64,000 bases of DNA, from the NCBI GenBank assembly GCA_963674745.2, contig CAXXDV010000003.1, positions 1,856,001 to 1,920,000 of the forward strand, in the 5' to 3' direction. This DNA comes from Desulfosudaceae bacterium (GTDB taxonomy: Bacteria > Desulfobacterota > Desulfobacteria > Desulfobacterales > Desulfosudaceae). Positions within the stretch are counted from its first letter, which is position 1. Every line of letters begins with the position of its first letter. This document shows, one piece after another, positions 44,098 to 54,109 of this stretch. A model generated the notes under the pieces. That model saw nothing but the letters and a program-made list of their open reading frames with translations, did no database searches and was not told where the DNA came from. Position numbers and translations under genes: made by a program.

Positions 44098-44565
44098 CTA
44101 TTGCTCCTGCTGAAAAGAGGACACTGATTTTTGTTTCGTCTGAAGCATCATATAAGTGGCTGACGCCTTGGCAACAAGCGCGCCCTGCTCATTTCTCACT
44201 TCCGTTTCACCCAGAGCGGTATTGCGCCCCTTGTGAACGATCACGCCTTCGGCGAAAAGCGTTCCTTTTGTAAATAAACTCAGGTAATTAATCTTCATCT
44301 CAACGGTTACAAAATTTTCATTGGATTCGACAAGACCGATCAGGGCCATGGCAACCGCCGAGTCCGCCAACGAAAAAACAGCACCGCCGTGAGCAAAACC
44401 AAACGGATGAACCAACTTTTTGTCAAAGGGCAGTTTAATCCTGGACCAGCCTTTTTTCACATCGACAAGCTCAATGCCGAGAAGTGACCAGTAAAGAGAC
44501 CGGGTCCTCATCGTCTCCTCGATAACGGCTTTTTCTGCCGGATCAAATTCTTCAAACGTTTGCAT
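44098..44565 (-). CDS. PaaI-family thioesterase
   Basis: HPFGFAHGGAVFSLADSA and TVEMKINYL (hotdog fold). Confidence 0.9.
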   Translation of the reverse strand: MQTFEEFDPAEKAVIEETMRTRSLYWSLLGIELVDVKKGWSRIKLPFDKKLVHPFGFAHGGAVFSLADSAVAMALIGLVESNENFVTVEMKINYLSLFTKGTLFAEGVIVHKGRNTALGETEVRNEQGALVAKASATYMMLQTKQKSVSSFQQEQ

Positions 44566-44595
44566 GTCTTCCTGCCCTTCTTTTTTGAAAAAAAA

Positions 44596-45027
44596 TCACT
44601 CCAGCAGCTCCATTGATTCGTCTTCTGTTTTAAAGAGCTTCCATTCACCCTCGTATTTTTTGAGGGTATGGACGGTTATTGAACGACTATCCTTATAATT
44701 TTCCGGTCCGGAAATCCGTCTGGCTTCCTGAGTGGTCCGGACCCTGGCTTCATTGTCTGAGATATTGAGCACTTCTGTATTGACCAGATCATGTTTCAGT
44801 TCATAAATCTCAAAAATCCTGGGGCACAACAACTCCATTTTTGCGTAACCCGGACTCTCGGGATGAAGCGTGGACAGATAGTCTTCAAGGTTCTCATCCT
44901 GAAGTGCTTTGAGATTTTTCTGGATAACGGTTCTCAGGGCTTCTTCATCGGCCTTTTTGTTGGAGCAACCCGCGGTTATCAATACGGACAGAAGTAAGGC
45001 AGTGACAATGGCGATCACACGGTTCAT
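44596..45027 (-). CDS. Lipoprotein, SnoaL/NTF2-like
   Basis: Lipobox ITAG-C; C-terminal LKKYEGEWKL. Confidence 0.7.
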   Translation of the reverse strand: MNRVIAIVTALLLSVLITAGCSNKKADEEALRTVIQKNLKALQDENLEDYLSTLHPESPGYAKMELLCPRIFEIYELKHDLVNTEVLNISDNEARVRTTQEARRISGPENYKDSRSITVHTLKKYEGEWKLFKTEDESMELLE

Positions 45028-45102
45028 GGCAATAGCTCCTTTTTAATATCGTATATAAGATAAATTTGGTTAAGATAATTGTTAATGGGGCACCCGCGCG
45101 GA

Positions 45103-46230
45103 TCAACCAGCGGCTTTGGCCAGTACGGTTGTGCAGACCTGGTTTCTCCCCCGGGCTTTACCCAGGTAAAGGGCTTTGTCAGCCATGTCCAGGGCCGAAA
45201 GGGTTTCTTCGGCGTCTTCCGGGACTCCGACGACACCGACCGTGATCGTCAAACTGCACGGCCCGAGATTGTCGGCGTCCTCATTAAAATCAATTTTTTC
45301 TACTTCTTTACGGAGTTTTTCACCGACGACGGCGGCCTTGGCCTTGGTGGTTTCCGGAAGCACTACCAAAAATTCTTCACCACCATAACGGGCAACCATA
45401 TCAATCTGCCTTAAGGCGCCCGTAAAGGCCTCGGCCACTTTCTTTAGCGCTTTGTCTCCTCTTAAGTGACCGAAATTATCATTATATTTTTTAAAATGGT
45501 CGATGTCGATCATAAGCAGGGAAAGTTCACGTCCATACCGGCGGCAGCGATACAGTTCCCGTTCGAAGCGTTCAAAAAAATAACGGCGGTTATACAATCC
45601 GGTCAACTCGTCTCTGCGAATCAGCTCCTGTGTCTGCTGAAACGTCATGGCATTGTTGATGGCGATGGCAACATTCTCCGCAACGGCTGTGAAAAGGCGG
45701 TATTCCATCTGGGAAAAACCGTTCACGACCGGTTTGTGGACATTCAGCACGCCCATTATCGAGCTGTTGCCGGTCTTTAACGGAATCCCCAGATAACTGC
45801 CTTCTGTAATTCCGCTGTTGGAAAAATAAAAAAAGTTTTTTTCCACGGTGATGTCATTGATAAGCAGGGGCTCACCACTGGATATGACCCTTCCGGAAAC
45901 ACTTTCAGAAACTTTTATCTCACCACCATTCAGGATACCGTCAGGCATGCCGTGACTGGCCCGGATCTGTAGCGTCTGCATTTCCTTATCAAGAAACATC
46001 AGGCAATACTGATCCACATTCAAAGATTCTCTGATTAAACCAACGACAAGATCAAACAGATCTGAAACATGGAGAGAGGCGCTGAGTGTCCGGCTGACAT
46101 TATAAAGCGTATAAAGCTCCAGAACCCGCTCATTGAGACTGTTATTTGACTTCAATAACGCGACATATTGCTCTTTTAACTCTTCAACAGTGTCAGGGAT
46201 CGGTACATCCCCGAGGTCGACTTCCGTCAT
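45103..46230 (-). CDS. GAF-domain diguanylate cyclase
   Basis: DELTGLYNRR, DIDHFK..ND.FGH..GD, RQID (I-site) and YGGEEF motifs. Confidence 0.93.
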   Translation of the reverse strand: MTEVDLGDVPIPDTVEELKEQYVALLKSNNSLNERVLELYTLYNVSRTLSASLHVSDLFDLVVGLIRESLNVDQYCLMFLDKEMQTLQIRASHGMPDGILNGGEIKVSESVSGRVISSGEPLLINDITVEKNFFYFSNSGITEGSYLGIPLKTGNSSIMGVLNVHKPVVNGFSQMEYRLFTAVAENVAIAINNAMTFQQTQELIRRDELTGLYNRRYFFERFERELYRCRRYGRELSLLMIDIDHFKKYNDNFGHLRGDKALKKVAEAFTGALRQIDMVARYGGEEFLVVLPETTKAKAAVVGEKLRKEVEKIDFNEDADNLGPCSLTITVGVVGVPEDAEETLSALDMADKALYLGKARGRNQVCTTVLAKAAG

Positions 46231-46378
46231 TTGCTGCTTCCCCCCATAAAAAAATCAAATACATCTTTTTAATATGGTTTACCCGCTTTTTGCACATCTA
46301 TTCTCAAAACAGAAAGGATGTCAAGAAAATCCTTGATCAAATTAAATGACCGGGCGACAACCCAACCCGTATCGTAAA

Positions 46379-47995
46379 TCACCTGTTTTGAGAGGAATTA
46401 TCACGTATCATACGTTCAATCCGCTTGACCGCCTTACCGTCAAACTGCTTGATGTACCGACTGACGCCGATCCTGAAAAAGGCCGGCATCAATCTTAAGA
46501 ATCGGCTCATATTACCCTGTGCTCCCCTGAAAACAACCCGCAAATAGGTCAGCGGCTCAAACCAAACGGCTGAAATCAACTCGGCCAGCCGCAACAACAG
46601 GCGGAACCTGGGGGTTGACCCATTTTTTGCATACAAAGCCCTCAAACGCCTGATCATGGGCAATGGTAAATATCCGGAAATTCTAATCAATCGATTGAGA
46701 TCGGTTTTTCTGTAATCATGATAATTTCTGATCAGATAGTCGTCATTATGCCGGCCATGCTGACTGACCAGCCGCCGGTACAGGCTTGTTCCGGGATACA
46801 GCACCAGGGAAAACATTTGCAGAAAATAGGGTCTGGGTACGGCGGTCAAGATGTCGACCGTTTCCAGGCGTTCCCCATCTGTTTCAAGCGGGTTGTCCAG
46901 TATCACATCATAGTAGGCGGCCACATTCACTTTGCTGATAATCTTCGCTGCTTTTAAAAAGTCTTTGCTCAGCGACCGCCGGTTGTAAATATCCATCAGG
47001 ACATGGTCACTGCCGCTTTGCAGGCCCATGGAAATCCAGGACAGGCCGGCCGCTTTCAATTGCCGTAACCGTTGCTCCGTAATAAAAGACGGTATGCAGC
47101 GGACAATAAAAGGCCTATGAATGCGCTCCTGGTAGGCAATGCAGAATGCCGTCAGATAAGCATCCGAACAGGCCAGAAAACAGTCATCCTGAAAATTGAT
47201 ATAAGCGATATCCGGATAACCTTCAATGGCGGCTTCGAGTTCGGCGATAATGCTGTCTACCCGCCTGTGCCTGATCACCTTTGAGCCATACATCCGGGTC
47301 AACATCTCGTTACAGCAGTAGGCACAGGCATAGGCACACCCCCTGCTTGCCATAAAGCTGTATACGGTTCCTTTCCAGCGGGCGTATTTTTTAAACAGCA
47401 CTTTATCCAAAGGCAGAATCCGATTGTTATGCCCAATAAAACTATGTTGCGGTATATGGCCGGTAAAAGGCAATCGGTCCAGGTTTTTTATTCGGGGAGA
47501 CGGCGGGGTATTTGTAAGCAGCCCCTTTTCTCTGGTTTGGAATCCACATATATTATTGGTATCACAACCTTTTTTAATCTCCTCCAGGAACTGTACAAGC
47601 GACGACTCCCCTTCTCCAACACAAACAAAATCAGCATGTTCCAGGCACATCTCCGGCGCGATGGTTGGATGAATGCCGCCCCAGACAACCGGGATTTCGA
47701 TTGCTGCCTGTCGGATATGTCCGGTCAGGGCCGCAGCGGCTGAATATTCATGAGACATCAGGCTGATACCGACCACCCGGGGACGGATACGCCGAAAAAA
47801 TGAAAGAGCGGTCTTCATCAACATATGATCACCCGGCAGCAAGCCCGGTAGATATAGTATTGAAGAAGAAAATCCGCTGGTTAGAAGGGTGGCGTGCAAG
47901 CTCTTCAGCCCGATGGTATCAAGATCAATCTGGAGTGAAATCAACAGTATATCCAGGGATGAAGAAACGGTTGGATCATGGCCCGACTCAGTCAC
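46379..47995 (-). CDS. B12-binding domain radical SAM protein
   Basis: VVGISL, WGGIHPT, VGEGE, SRGCAYACAYC and GLQSGS motifs. Confidence 0.9.
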   Translation of the reverse strand: MTESGHDPTVSSSLDILLISLQIDLDTIGLKSLHATLLTSGFSSSILYLPGLLPGDHMLMKTALSFFRRIRPRVVGISLMSHEYSAAAALTGHIRQAAIEIPVVWGGIHPTIAPEMCLEHADFVCVGEGESSLVQFLEEIKKGCDTNNICGFQTREKGLLTNTPPSPRIKNLDRLPFTGHIPQHSFIGHNNRILPLDKVLFKKYARWKGTVYSFMASRGCAYACAYCCNEMLTRMYGSKVIRHRRVDSIIAELEAAIEGYPDIAYINFQDDCFLACSDAYLTAFCIAYQERIHRPFIVRCIPSFITEQRLRQLKAAGLSWISMGLQSGSDHVLMDIYNRRSLSKDFLKAAKIISKVNVAAYYDVILDNPLETDGERLETVDILTAVPRPYFLQMFSLVLYPGTSLYRRLVSQHGRHNDDYLIRNYHDYRKTDLNRLIRISGYLPLPMIRRLRALYAKNGSTPRFRLLLRLAELISAVWFEPLTYLRVVFRGAQGNMSRFLRLMPAFFRIGVSRYIKQFDGKAVKRIERMIRDNSSQNR

Positions 47996-48233
47996 GTCTC
48001 ACCTTTTGGAAAAATATTTTTCTTGACTATTTTAAAAAACAAGATTAATATTTAACTATCCAACAATTCTATTCTGTCTTTTTGCAGGCATGATTTTTCT
48101 GACCTTTCTCGCTTCTGATGAATAGTTGAACTTTTTATTATTATCAACCGCCAAGGCAAGAGTCAACGGAAAGTGCTTTAAGTCAGGCAGCGTGGTGACT
48201 GCATTATCAATGACCTTAAGGAGGGGGAAAACC

Positions 48234-48659
48234 ATGGCCAAGATCCTGCCGGAAAACAATACTGCCAGGAACAGGACGTTCATGCCGGGCAGTCTGAAAT
48301 CAGGTGTGACCAAACTCTCCGCGGTTCCAACCGCCAGCAACAGAAGACCGCTTCACACCCGAAGATGCCAGTGCCGGATTTATCGAAAAAACAGTATCCG
48401 GTTCGCGGAACACAATTCAGGACAATTTCATGACGGCGTGATGTATAATGAAAGCACCAACGGTATGTATTTTGAAACGGATATTCAGCTTTCTCCGGGC
48501 TCCCTGATTCATATTAATGTCATCCCCCCGCCTTACCCGGGAACCTGGTCCCCGGACAACATGTACACGGCTGAAATCAGGTGGTGCCGCCCGACAAAAA
48601 CGGAAAGTAATCAACGCTTTGGAATCGGCGTCCGGTTCTGCCCGCCTGTCAAGCATTAA
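48234..48659 (+). CDS. PilZ-domain protein
   Basis: Arg-rich RRPLHTRR, NESTNG (D/NxSxxG), AEIRW and GIGVRF; ATG 48234 follows AGGAGG. Confidence 0.75.
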   Translation: MAKILPENNTARNRTFMPGSLKSGVTKLSAVPTASNRRPLHTRRCQCRIYRKNSIRFAEHNSGQFHDGVMYNESTNGMYFETDIQLSPGSLIHINVIPPPYPGTWSPDNMYTAEIRWCRPTKTESNQRFGIGVRFCPPVKH

Positions 48660-48676
48660 TGGCTTCGTAAAAAGTA

Positions 48677-49315
48677 TTACAGCATGGTCGCCTGCGGTTC
48701 TTTACCCTCCTGATAATCGATAAGCATACCGGCGCCTTTTTTTGCCATACTGCAATTTACCACCAGTGTCCTTCCCAGAAATGCCGCCCCGGCGTTTTCA
48801 TGAATATGCCCGCATATCAGAACGGACGGCTGATATTTAAGCGTCAGCTGACGTAACGCTTTTGAGCCGGACGGAAATCGGCCCATCACCTTGTCAACCG
48901 TGTTGTGTGGCGGCGGATGCGCCACAAGAATGGAGACATCGCTGAAAAAGGTATCCAGCCTGGCAATCATTTTTTTTTCCCTCAAGCACAAACGGGATTC
49001 AAAAGGCAGGAGAAACGTGCCGCTGATACCGCCAAAGCAAATACCCCGGCACTTGACCTTATTTTCATGAAGATGGGTAACATGGGGATATTGATTTAAC
49101 AGATGGTCTGTTTTGCTGCTGTCACTGTTACCTCTGACATAGAATACGGGAACCGGCATGTCGCTCAAATGGCGGGGAACAGTCTTATGAGATCGAAAAC
49201 CACCGATATCACCTGCCATCACGATCAGATCGGCTTGTTTTTCAGCAACATTTCTGCGAATCAACTCAAATCGCTCAGCACTACCGTGAATATCCGCCAC
49301 AGCATAGATCCGCAT
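48677..49315 (-). CDS. Calcineurin-like metallophosphoesterase
   Basis: ADIHG, AGDI, RGNSD, HPPP and CGHIHE; start ATG 49315. Confidence 0.9.
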   Translation of the reverse strand: MRIYAVADIHGSAERFELIRRNVAEKQADLIVMAGDIGGFRSHKTVPRHLSDMPVPVFYVRGNSDSSKTDHLLNQYPHVTHLHENKVKCRGICFGGISGTFLLPFESRLCLREKKMIARLDTFFSDVSILVAHPPPHNTVDKVMGRFPSGSKALRQLTLKYQPSVLICGHIHENAGAAFLGRTLVVNCSMAKKGAGMLIDYQEGKEPQATML

Positions 49316-49331
49316 CAAACAATCGGCCCCA

Positions 49332-49703
49332 TCAACTCGATTTCCCATCCAGAATAGCCAGAGCTTCCTCCATGCTGTTAACACTCCGGGCATGATAACC
49401 GACATCCATGGAGGACTTGTCAAACTGAAAATGTCCCAATGCACCGAATTTCTTAACAACACGGACTACATTGGCCAAACCGATGCCGACAAGGTACTCC
49501 TGGATCTCTTTTATGTTAGCTTCCAGACTTTCATCAACCAGTTCATATTCACGTAAATCCGTAAGACAATTAAAACCCGGCACCAGATCCTGACAGTCAC
49601 ACTTGATCTTTTCTCCCAACTGTTCAATTTCTTCGGGACCTTCAAGCTTCCCAAGTGTAAGGTAAAGCCTGTTTTTCTGTTTATCTGCCATCACGTGATA
49701 CAT
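49332..49703 (-). CDS. Hypothetical protein (STAS/SpoIIAA-like)
   Basis: Clean ORF with GGAGG RBS; KNRLY...F..LTDLR...SMEEALAILD pattern. Confidence 0.6.
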   Translation of the reverse strand: MYHVMADKQKNRLYLTLGKLEGPEEIEQLGEKIKCDCQDLVPGFNCLTDLREYELVDESLEANIKEIQEYLVGIGLANVVRVVKKFGALGHFQFDKSSMDVGYHARSVNSMEEALAILDGKSS

Positions 49704-49744
49704 AGCCCCTCCACAGACATACAGTTTCCATTCAACGATTTAAG

Positions 49745-50536
49745 CTACGCTTTAAGGCATCGCAACCGGGCCAATTCCTCGGCATATCCATAAAGGTGAA
49801 GCCCCTTACTCTCAATAATCATTTCACCGTCTTCCACGCCTATCGCAGTCGCCATGTATTCCTTTAGGTTCTGAATACCGGCCAGATTGGCCGGCATACC
49901 ACTCCACAGGTCCCAGGAGCGGAAATAAACAAAAAAAATCAACTTCCCGTCCTGGATTCTGGTATCAATAGAACGCAAGCAGGGAGGGTCGAGCAGAATA
50001 AGATCAGATGGATCAGCCACCTGCAACACCATCTGATTGTTACGGGCACCAAATTTTTTGTACGTATCGATCACCCATTCAATCTGATTGATATACAACC
50101 GACCGTCTTCTTCAAAAATGATCTTTCCGTCAGGCTCTCTAAAATCAACAATATCAACATCCCTGGTTTGCCACCACTGGAGTTTGTCACCATAAACAGG
50201 GGCCTTGGTCAATCTTTCCCCGTAAGTGTAAGATTCACCCGGTTCTTTTCTCGGTGTCATTAAATATTCAATATATGCCCGATCATATCCTTCGCCCCCA
50301 TATACATAAGCCTCTTCCACGGGATTGGGTATACCGCAGGAAGGCGGAATGTCAGGCAACAAGGGCCTGGTACCCGGATGACTGATATAACCGGTAAAAT
50401 AATCATATTCCAGTCGGGTCTGGCCGGAAAAAGAGCCGCGATCGATTGTAAATCGATTACCTTTATCTAAAATATCATAAACCGCCTGGAACCAGAGATC
50501 CGGTAAATCCCTGGCATTCACCCCATGAATACGCAT
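49745..50536 (-). CDS. thyA: Thymidylate synthase, archaeal-type ThyA-like
   Basis: YTYGER, PPCL, FRSWDL...PANLAG and LHLY motifs. Confidence 0.8.
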   Translation of the reverse strand: MRIHGVNARDLPDLWFQAVYDILDKGNRFTIDRGSFSGQTRLEYDYFTGYISHPGTRPLLPDIPPSCGIPNPVEEAYVYGGEGYDRAYIEYLMTPRKEPGESYTYGERLTKAPVYGDKLQWWQTRDVDIVDFREPDGKIIFEEDGRLYINQIEWVIDTYKKFGARNNQMVLQVADPSDLILLDPPCLRSIDTRIQDGKLIFFVYFRSWDLWSGMPANLAGIQNLKEYMATAIGVEDGEMIIESKGLHLYGYAEELARLRCLKA

Positions 50537-50731
50537 TACATCTCCTGTTCAGTATTTTTTATGGATGGACACTAACTACAATCATCGAATTATTTACGCT
50601 ATACCCTAAACACTGTTTGCGGTCAAGTTTTTCAACACTTGTGTCATCATTTTCATAAATTTTCTGTTGCCTGATTATTCTTTTTAAGGCTATAATAAAT
50701 TCTTTATAATACTATATAATATGGAATTACC

Positions 50732-53080
50732 ATGAACGAATCGATTATCGGAAAAGAGAACCTGACGGCCTCTGTCCGCGTTGGTGACTGTCTTATCAAA
50801 GAAGGCTTTGCGACCATCGATGATATCTCCAGGGCGATAGCGCTTCAGAAAAAAGAAGAAAAAGAGATTAAATTCTCAGATCGACCGGTTTTCCCCTCGT
50901 TGGACAAACTACCCCAGAAGCAGATCAAACATATTCTTTCGCAGCCGCCGCTTGATTCCAATATCGGCCTGATTTGCATACAGAAAGGGTTGATCAGTAA
51001 ACCGGTCCTGTACGATCTGCTTAAAGAAAAAAAAGAAACCGAATCCCTGGGTGAAGCACTCATCAAAAAAGGGTACCTGACCTCAGACAAGCTCGAGGAC
51101 TTACTGTTTGAAAACCTTGGCGCCACTTTATTCGGCGAACTCGCTCAACAACTGGGACTGATTACGGCGGATGAGCTCAAAAAAGCGCTGTATGCCAAAA
51201 AAGCGCCCAGAACCATCGGCCGGATCTTGTGTGATATGGGGGTTATTAATCCCGCCGACCTTGATTATGTACTGAAGAAATACGGTAAACAGATCAAATT
51301 CGGTGAAATCCTGGTAAAAGAAGGTATCATCGACAACACCAAACTGATGAACGCCCTGCAGGAACAGTTTCACCGGGAACTACCGCTGGGAAAAATTCTG
51401 CTGGAACAAAATCTGATAACGGTCGATCAACTGTATCACGCATTATCGGTCCAGCATAATATCCCGTTTAAAAAAATCAAAAAACTGGGATTATTTGAAC
51501 CACAGAAAATCGCTTTAACCAATATTGTCGGCAAGAAATACGCCCAGAAAAACCATATTCTGCCAATCGCCATGGAAGGCAAAAAGATGACGGTTGCCAC
51601 CTATGATCCGGAACATCTTTCCGCTGTGTCCGACATTAAAAATGTATATACGCACCTGGAAATGTCCTGTGTTTTTATCAGCGAAGACAACTATATTGAT
51701 CTTTTTGAAGAATTATACCAGAGCGGCCCTGTCAACAGGCCTTTGCTGAAAGACACCCAACCTGCCGCTTCCATATCTTTAGACGCACTGGACATCAACC
51801 TGGATACCCAGACCGATGACATGAAACCGTCCGCAAAAACGGACTATGGCCTTGAAAAGGTCGAAGCACTGGAACTGGTCAATTACATCATCAAATACGG
51901 CATTGCCCATAACGCCAGTGATATTCACATCGAACAGGATAGGAAAAACCCCAAGTTACGATTCCGGATTGACGGTATGCTGCAGACACTGCAGCAAAAA
52001 TGGCTGGATGACAAACTGCGCGAATTGATCAACGGTATTATCTCCAGAATCAAAGTCGTGGCCAACCTGGATATTTCTGAACGACGTCTGCCCCAGGACG
52101 GGGTCTTTCGGGTGAACTATTATGACGCCAGCAAAAAGGAACAAGTCGATCTTGATTTCAGGGTGGCCACCTGCCCCGGTATCGTCGGTGAAAACATTAC
52201 CATCCGTATTCTCGATCCACGAAAGGCCAAGGTTGATCTTGATTCCCTGAACCACTCCAGTCATGTGGCAGAGCCCCTGAAAAAAATGCTGAAAAGCGCC
52301 GCCGGCATGATACTTGTCTCCGGTCCGACCGGCAGCGGGAAAACGTCTACATTGTACAGCGCCCTTCGATATGTGTATAACCCGGCCATCAAAATCATCA
52401 CGGCCGAAGATCCGATTGAGTACAGCTTTCCGGGCATTATGCAGACCCAGGTCAACCCGAAGATAAACCTGAATTTTTCCCGTCTGCTACGCTCTTTTCT
52501 CCGGTTGGACCCGGACGTCATTCTGGTCGGAGAAATCCGCGATCAGGAGACCGCCAATATCAGCTTTGACGCTGCCCAGACAGGCCACCTGATGCTCAGC
52601 ACGGTTCATACCAATGACGCCGTCGGGGCTATTCCCAGGTTGATTGACCTGGGTATCGATCATAACCAGCTGGCATCAAGCCTGATGTGTGTTGTAGCGC
52701 AACGCTTACTGCGCAAGCTCTGCCCGCTGTGCCGTGTACCTTACACGCCGACACCGTTCGAATGGGAGCCGCTTTTTGAAAACTACCCCGACCATCTTGA
52801 GTTTTACAAGAGCGAAGGGTGTCCGGACTGCAATTTTTCCGGCTATACCGGCCGAACGTTGATTTCGGAAATACTGATTATCGATCAGGAAATCGCCCGG
52901 GCCCTGAACAAAGAGATACCGGTTAACGAGATAAAAACCCTTGCCATTCAAAACGGAATGAAAACCATGGTTGATGATGGTTTGACCAAAATGGCTTCCA
53001 CGACATTGTCCGAGATCATTCGCGTTGTCCCCAATGAGATGTTGAAAGAATTCAAATCCCGGCAGCAAAAGGCCGGCTGA
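50732..53080 (+). CDS. PilB/GspE-family secretion ATPase with multiple MshEN-like repeats
   Basis: ASDIHIE, RFRIDG, ERRLPQDG, GPTGSGKT, EDPIEY, DPDVILVGEIRD, TGH...HTN and a tetracysteine Zn motif. Confidence 0.93.
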   Translation: MNESIIGKENLTASVRVGDCLIKEGFATIDDISRAIALQKKEEKEIKFSDRPVFPSLDKLPQKQIKHILSQPPLDSNIGLICIQKGLISKPVLYDLLKEKKETESLGEALIKKGYLTSDKLEDLLFENLGATLFGELAQQLGLITADELKKALYAKKAPRTIGRILCDMGVINPADLDYVLKKYGKQIKFGEILVKEGIIDNTKLMNALQEQFHRELPLGKILLEQNLITVDQLYHALSVQHNIPFKKIKKLGLFEPQKIALTNIVGKKYAQKNHILPIAMEGKKMTVATYDPEHLSAVSDIKNVYTHLEMSCVFISEDNYIDLFEELYQSGPVNRPLLKDTQPAASISLDALDINLDTQTDDMKPSAKTDYGLEKVEALELVNYIIKYGIAHNASDIHIEQDRKNPKLRFRIDGMLQTLQQKWLDDKLRELINGIISRIKVVANLDISERRLPQDGVFRVNYYDASKKEQVDLDFRVATCPGIVGENITIRILDPRKAKVDLDSLNHSSHVAEPLKKMLKSAAGMILVSGPTGSGKTSTLYSALRYVYNPAIKIITAEDPIEYSFPGIMQTQVNPKINLNFSRLLRSFLRLDPDVILVGEIRDQETANISFDAAQTGHLMLSTVHTNDAVGAIPRLIDLGIDHNQLASSLMCVVAQRLLRKLCPLCRVPYTPTPFEWEPLFENYPDHLEFYKSEGCPDCNFSGYTGRTLISEILIIDQEIARALNKEIPVNEIKTLAIQNGMKTMVDDGLTKMASTTLSEIIRVVPNEMLKEFKSRQQKAG

Positions 53081-53337
53081 ACCGGAAATTTCCCCCTCCG
53101 GGCGAGTCACCTTGGGCCCTGGCCTCTGGCCTTGATTCACAATTAGGCACGGCACGCCATAGGGCATGACACGCCGTGCTCCTACATTAATTGCGTCCTG
53201 CGCCTTGCAGGTGTGGCCAGATGCCAAAAAACAATTTTTAGATGTGCCCTTAAGGATCGGTTGACAAAACGGCTACCGGCCTTTATAAAAAACCAGCCGG
53301 TTCAAACAGACAAATAAAAGAATACAAAGGAACACAT

Positions 53338-54099
53338 ATGAGTTGGATTGGGAAAATGGTCGGTGGGACCATCGGGTTCGCTCTTGGCGGTCCCATTGGT
53401 GCAGTAGCCGGAGCTGTTTTCGGCCATGCTTTTGACGTGAATGATGACCGACGGCTGGAAGGCGGCGGCGCCTACCGGCAACTTTCAACCGAAGAAGAAG
53501 ACCAGATGACATTTTTTGTGGCTGTATTTTCCATGTTGTCCAAGCTGGCTTTGGCAGACGGCCGCATCAGCCCGGAGGAAACCAGAACCATCGAACAGTT
53601 CATGAGCCGTGATCTTTCACTGACGCCGGGGAACAAGCAGGTAGCCGCAAAAATTTTCAACCAGGCCGCCAACAGCAGCAGTTCCTTTGATGAGTTCGCG
53701 CACCAGTTTTATGCCCGGTTCAAAGATAAACACCAACTGCTGGACCTGATGCTGGATATCTTAGTGCGTGTCTCTTTTGCCGACGGTGTCCTGAGTGCCC
53801 AGGAAGAAGCGTTGATACATTCCGCCGCCCGGATATTCAACTATGATGAAACCGCCTTTCAGCGCATCAGAAAACGGTATGCACCGGACAATGAAAATGA
53901 CTACGCGTTGCTCAACAGCACCAGCAGCGACTCGGATGAGCACATCAAAAAACAATACCGGAAGCTGGTCAACGATTTCCACCCGGATAAAATCGCGTCC
54001 AAAGGCCTGCCCGAAGAGTTTACCCTTTTTGCCACTGAAAAATTTCAGAAAATCCAGGAAGCTTACGAAAATATCAAGCGCGCCCGTAACATGTCTTGA
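53338..54099 (+). CDS. djlA: Co-chaperone DjlA (TerB + J domain)
   Basis: N-terminal Gly-rich TM, ADG.IS..E and FHPDK J-domain. Confidence 0.9.
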   Translation: MSWIGKMVGGTIGFALGGPIGAVAGAVFGHAFDVNDDRRLEGGGAYRQLSTEEEDQMTFFVAVFSMLSKLALADGRISPEETRTIEQFMSRDLSLTPGNKQVAAKIFNQAANSSSSFDEFAHQFYARFKDKHQLLDLMLDILVRVSFADGVLSAQEEALIHSAARIFNYDETAFQRIRKRYAPDNENDYALLNSTSSDSDEHIKKQYRKLVNDFHPDKIASKGLPEEFTLFATEKFQKIQEAYENIKRARNMS

Positions 54100-54109
54100 C
54101 CCGTTTTGC

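Noticed and set aside
48140..48230. c-di-GMP (GEMM) riboswitch before the PilZ gene
   Set aside because: Only loose GGCAA/GAAA words are present; the P1/P2 pairing and tetraloop receptor could not be built.
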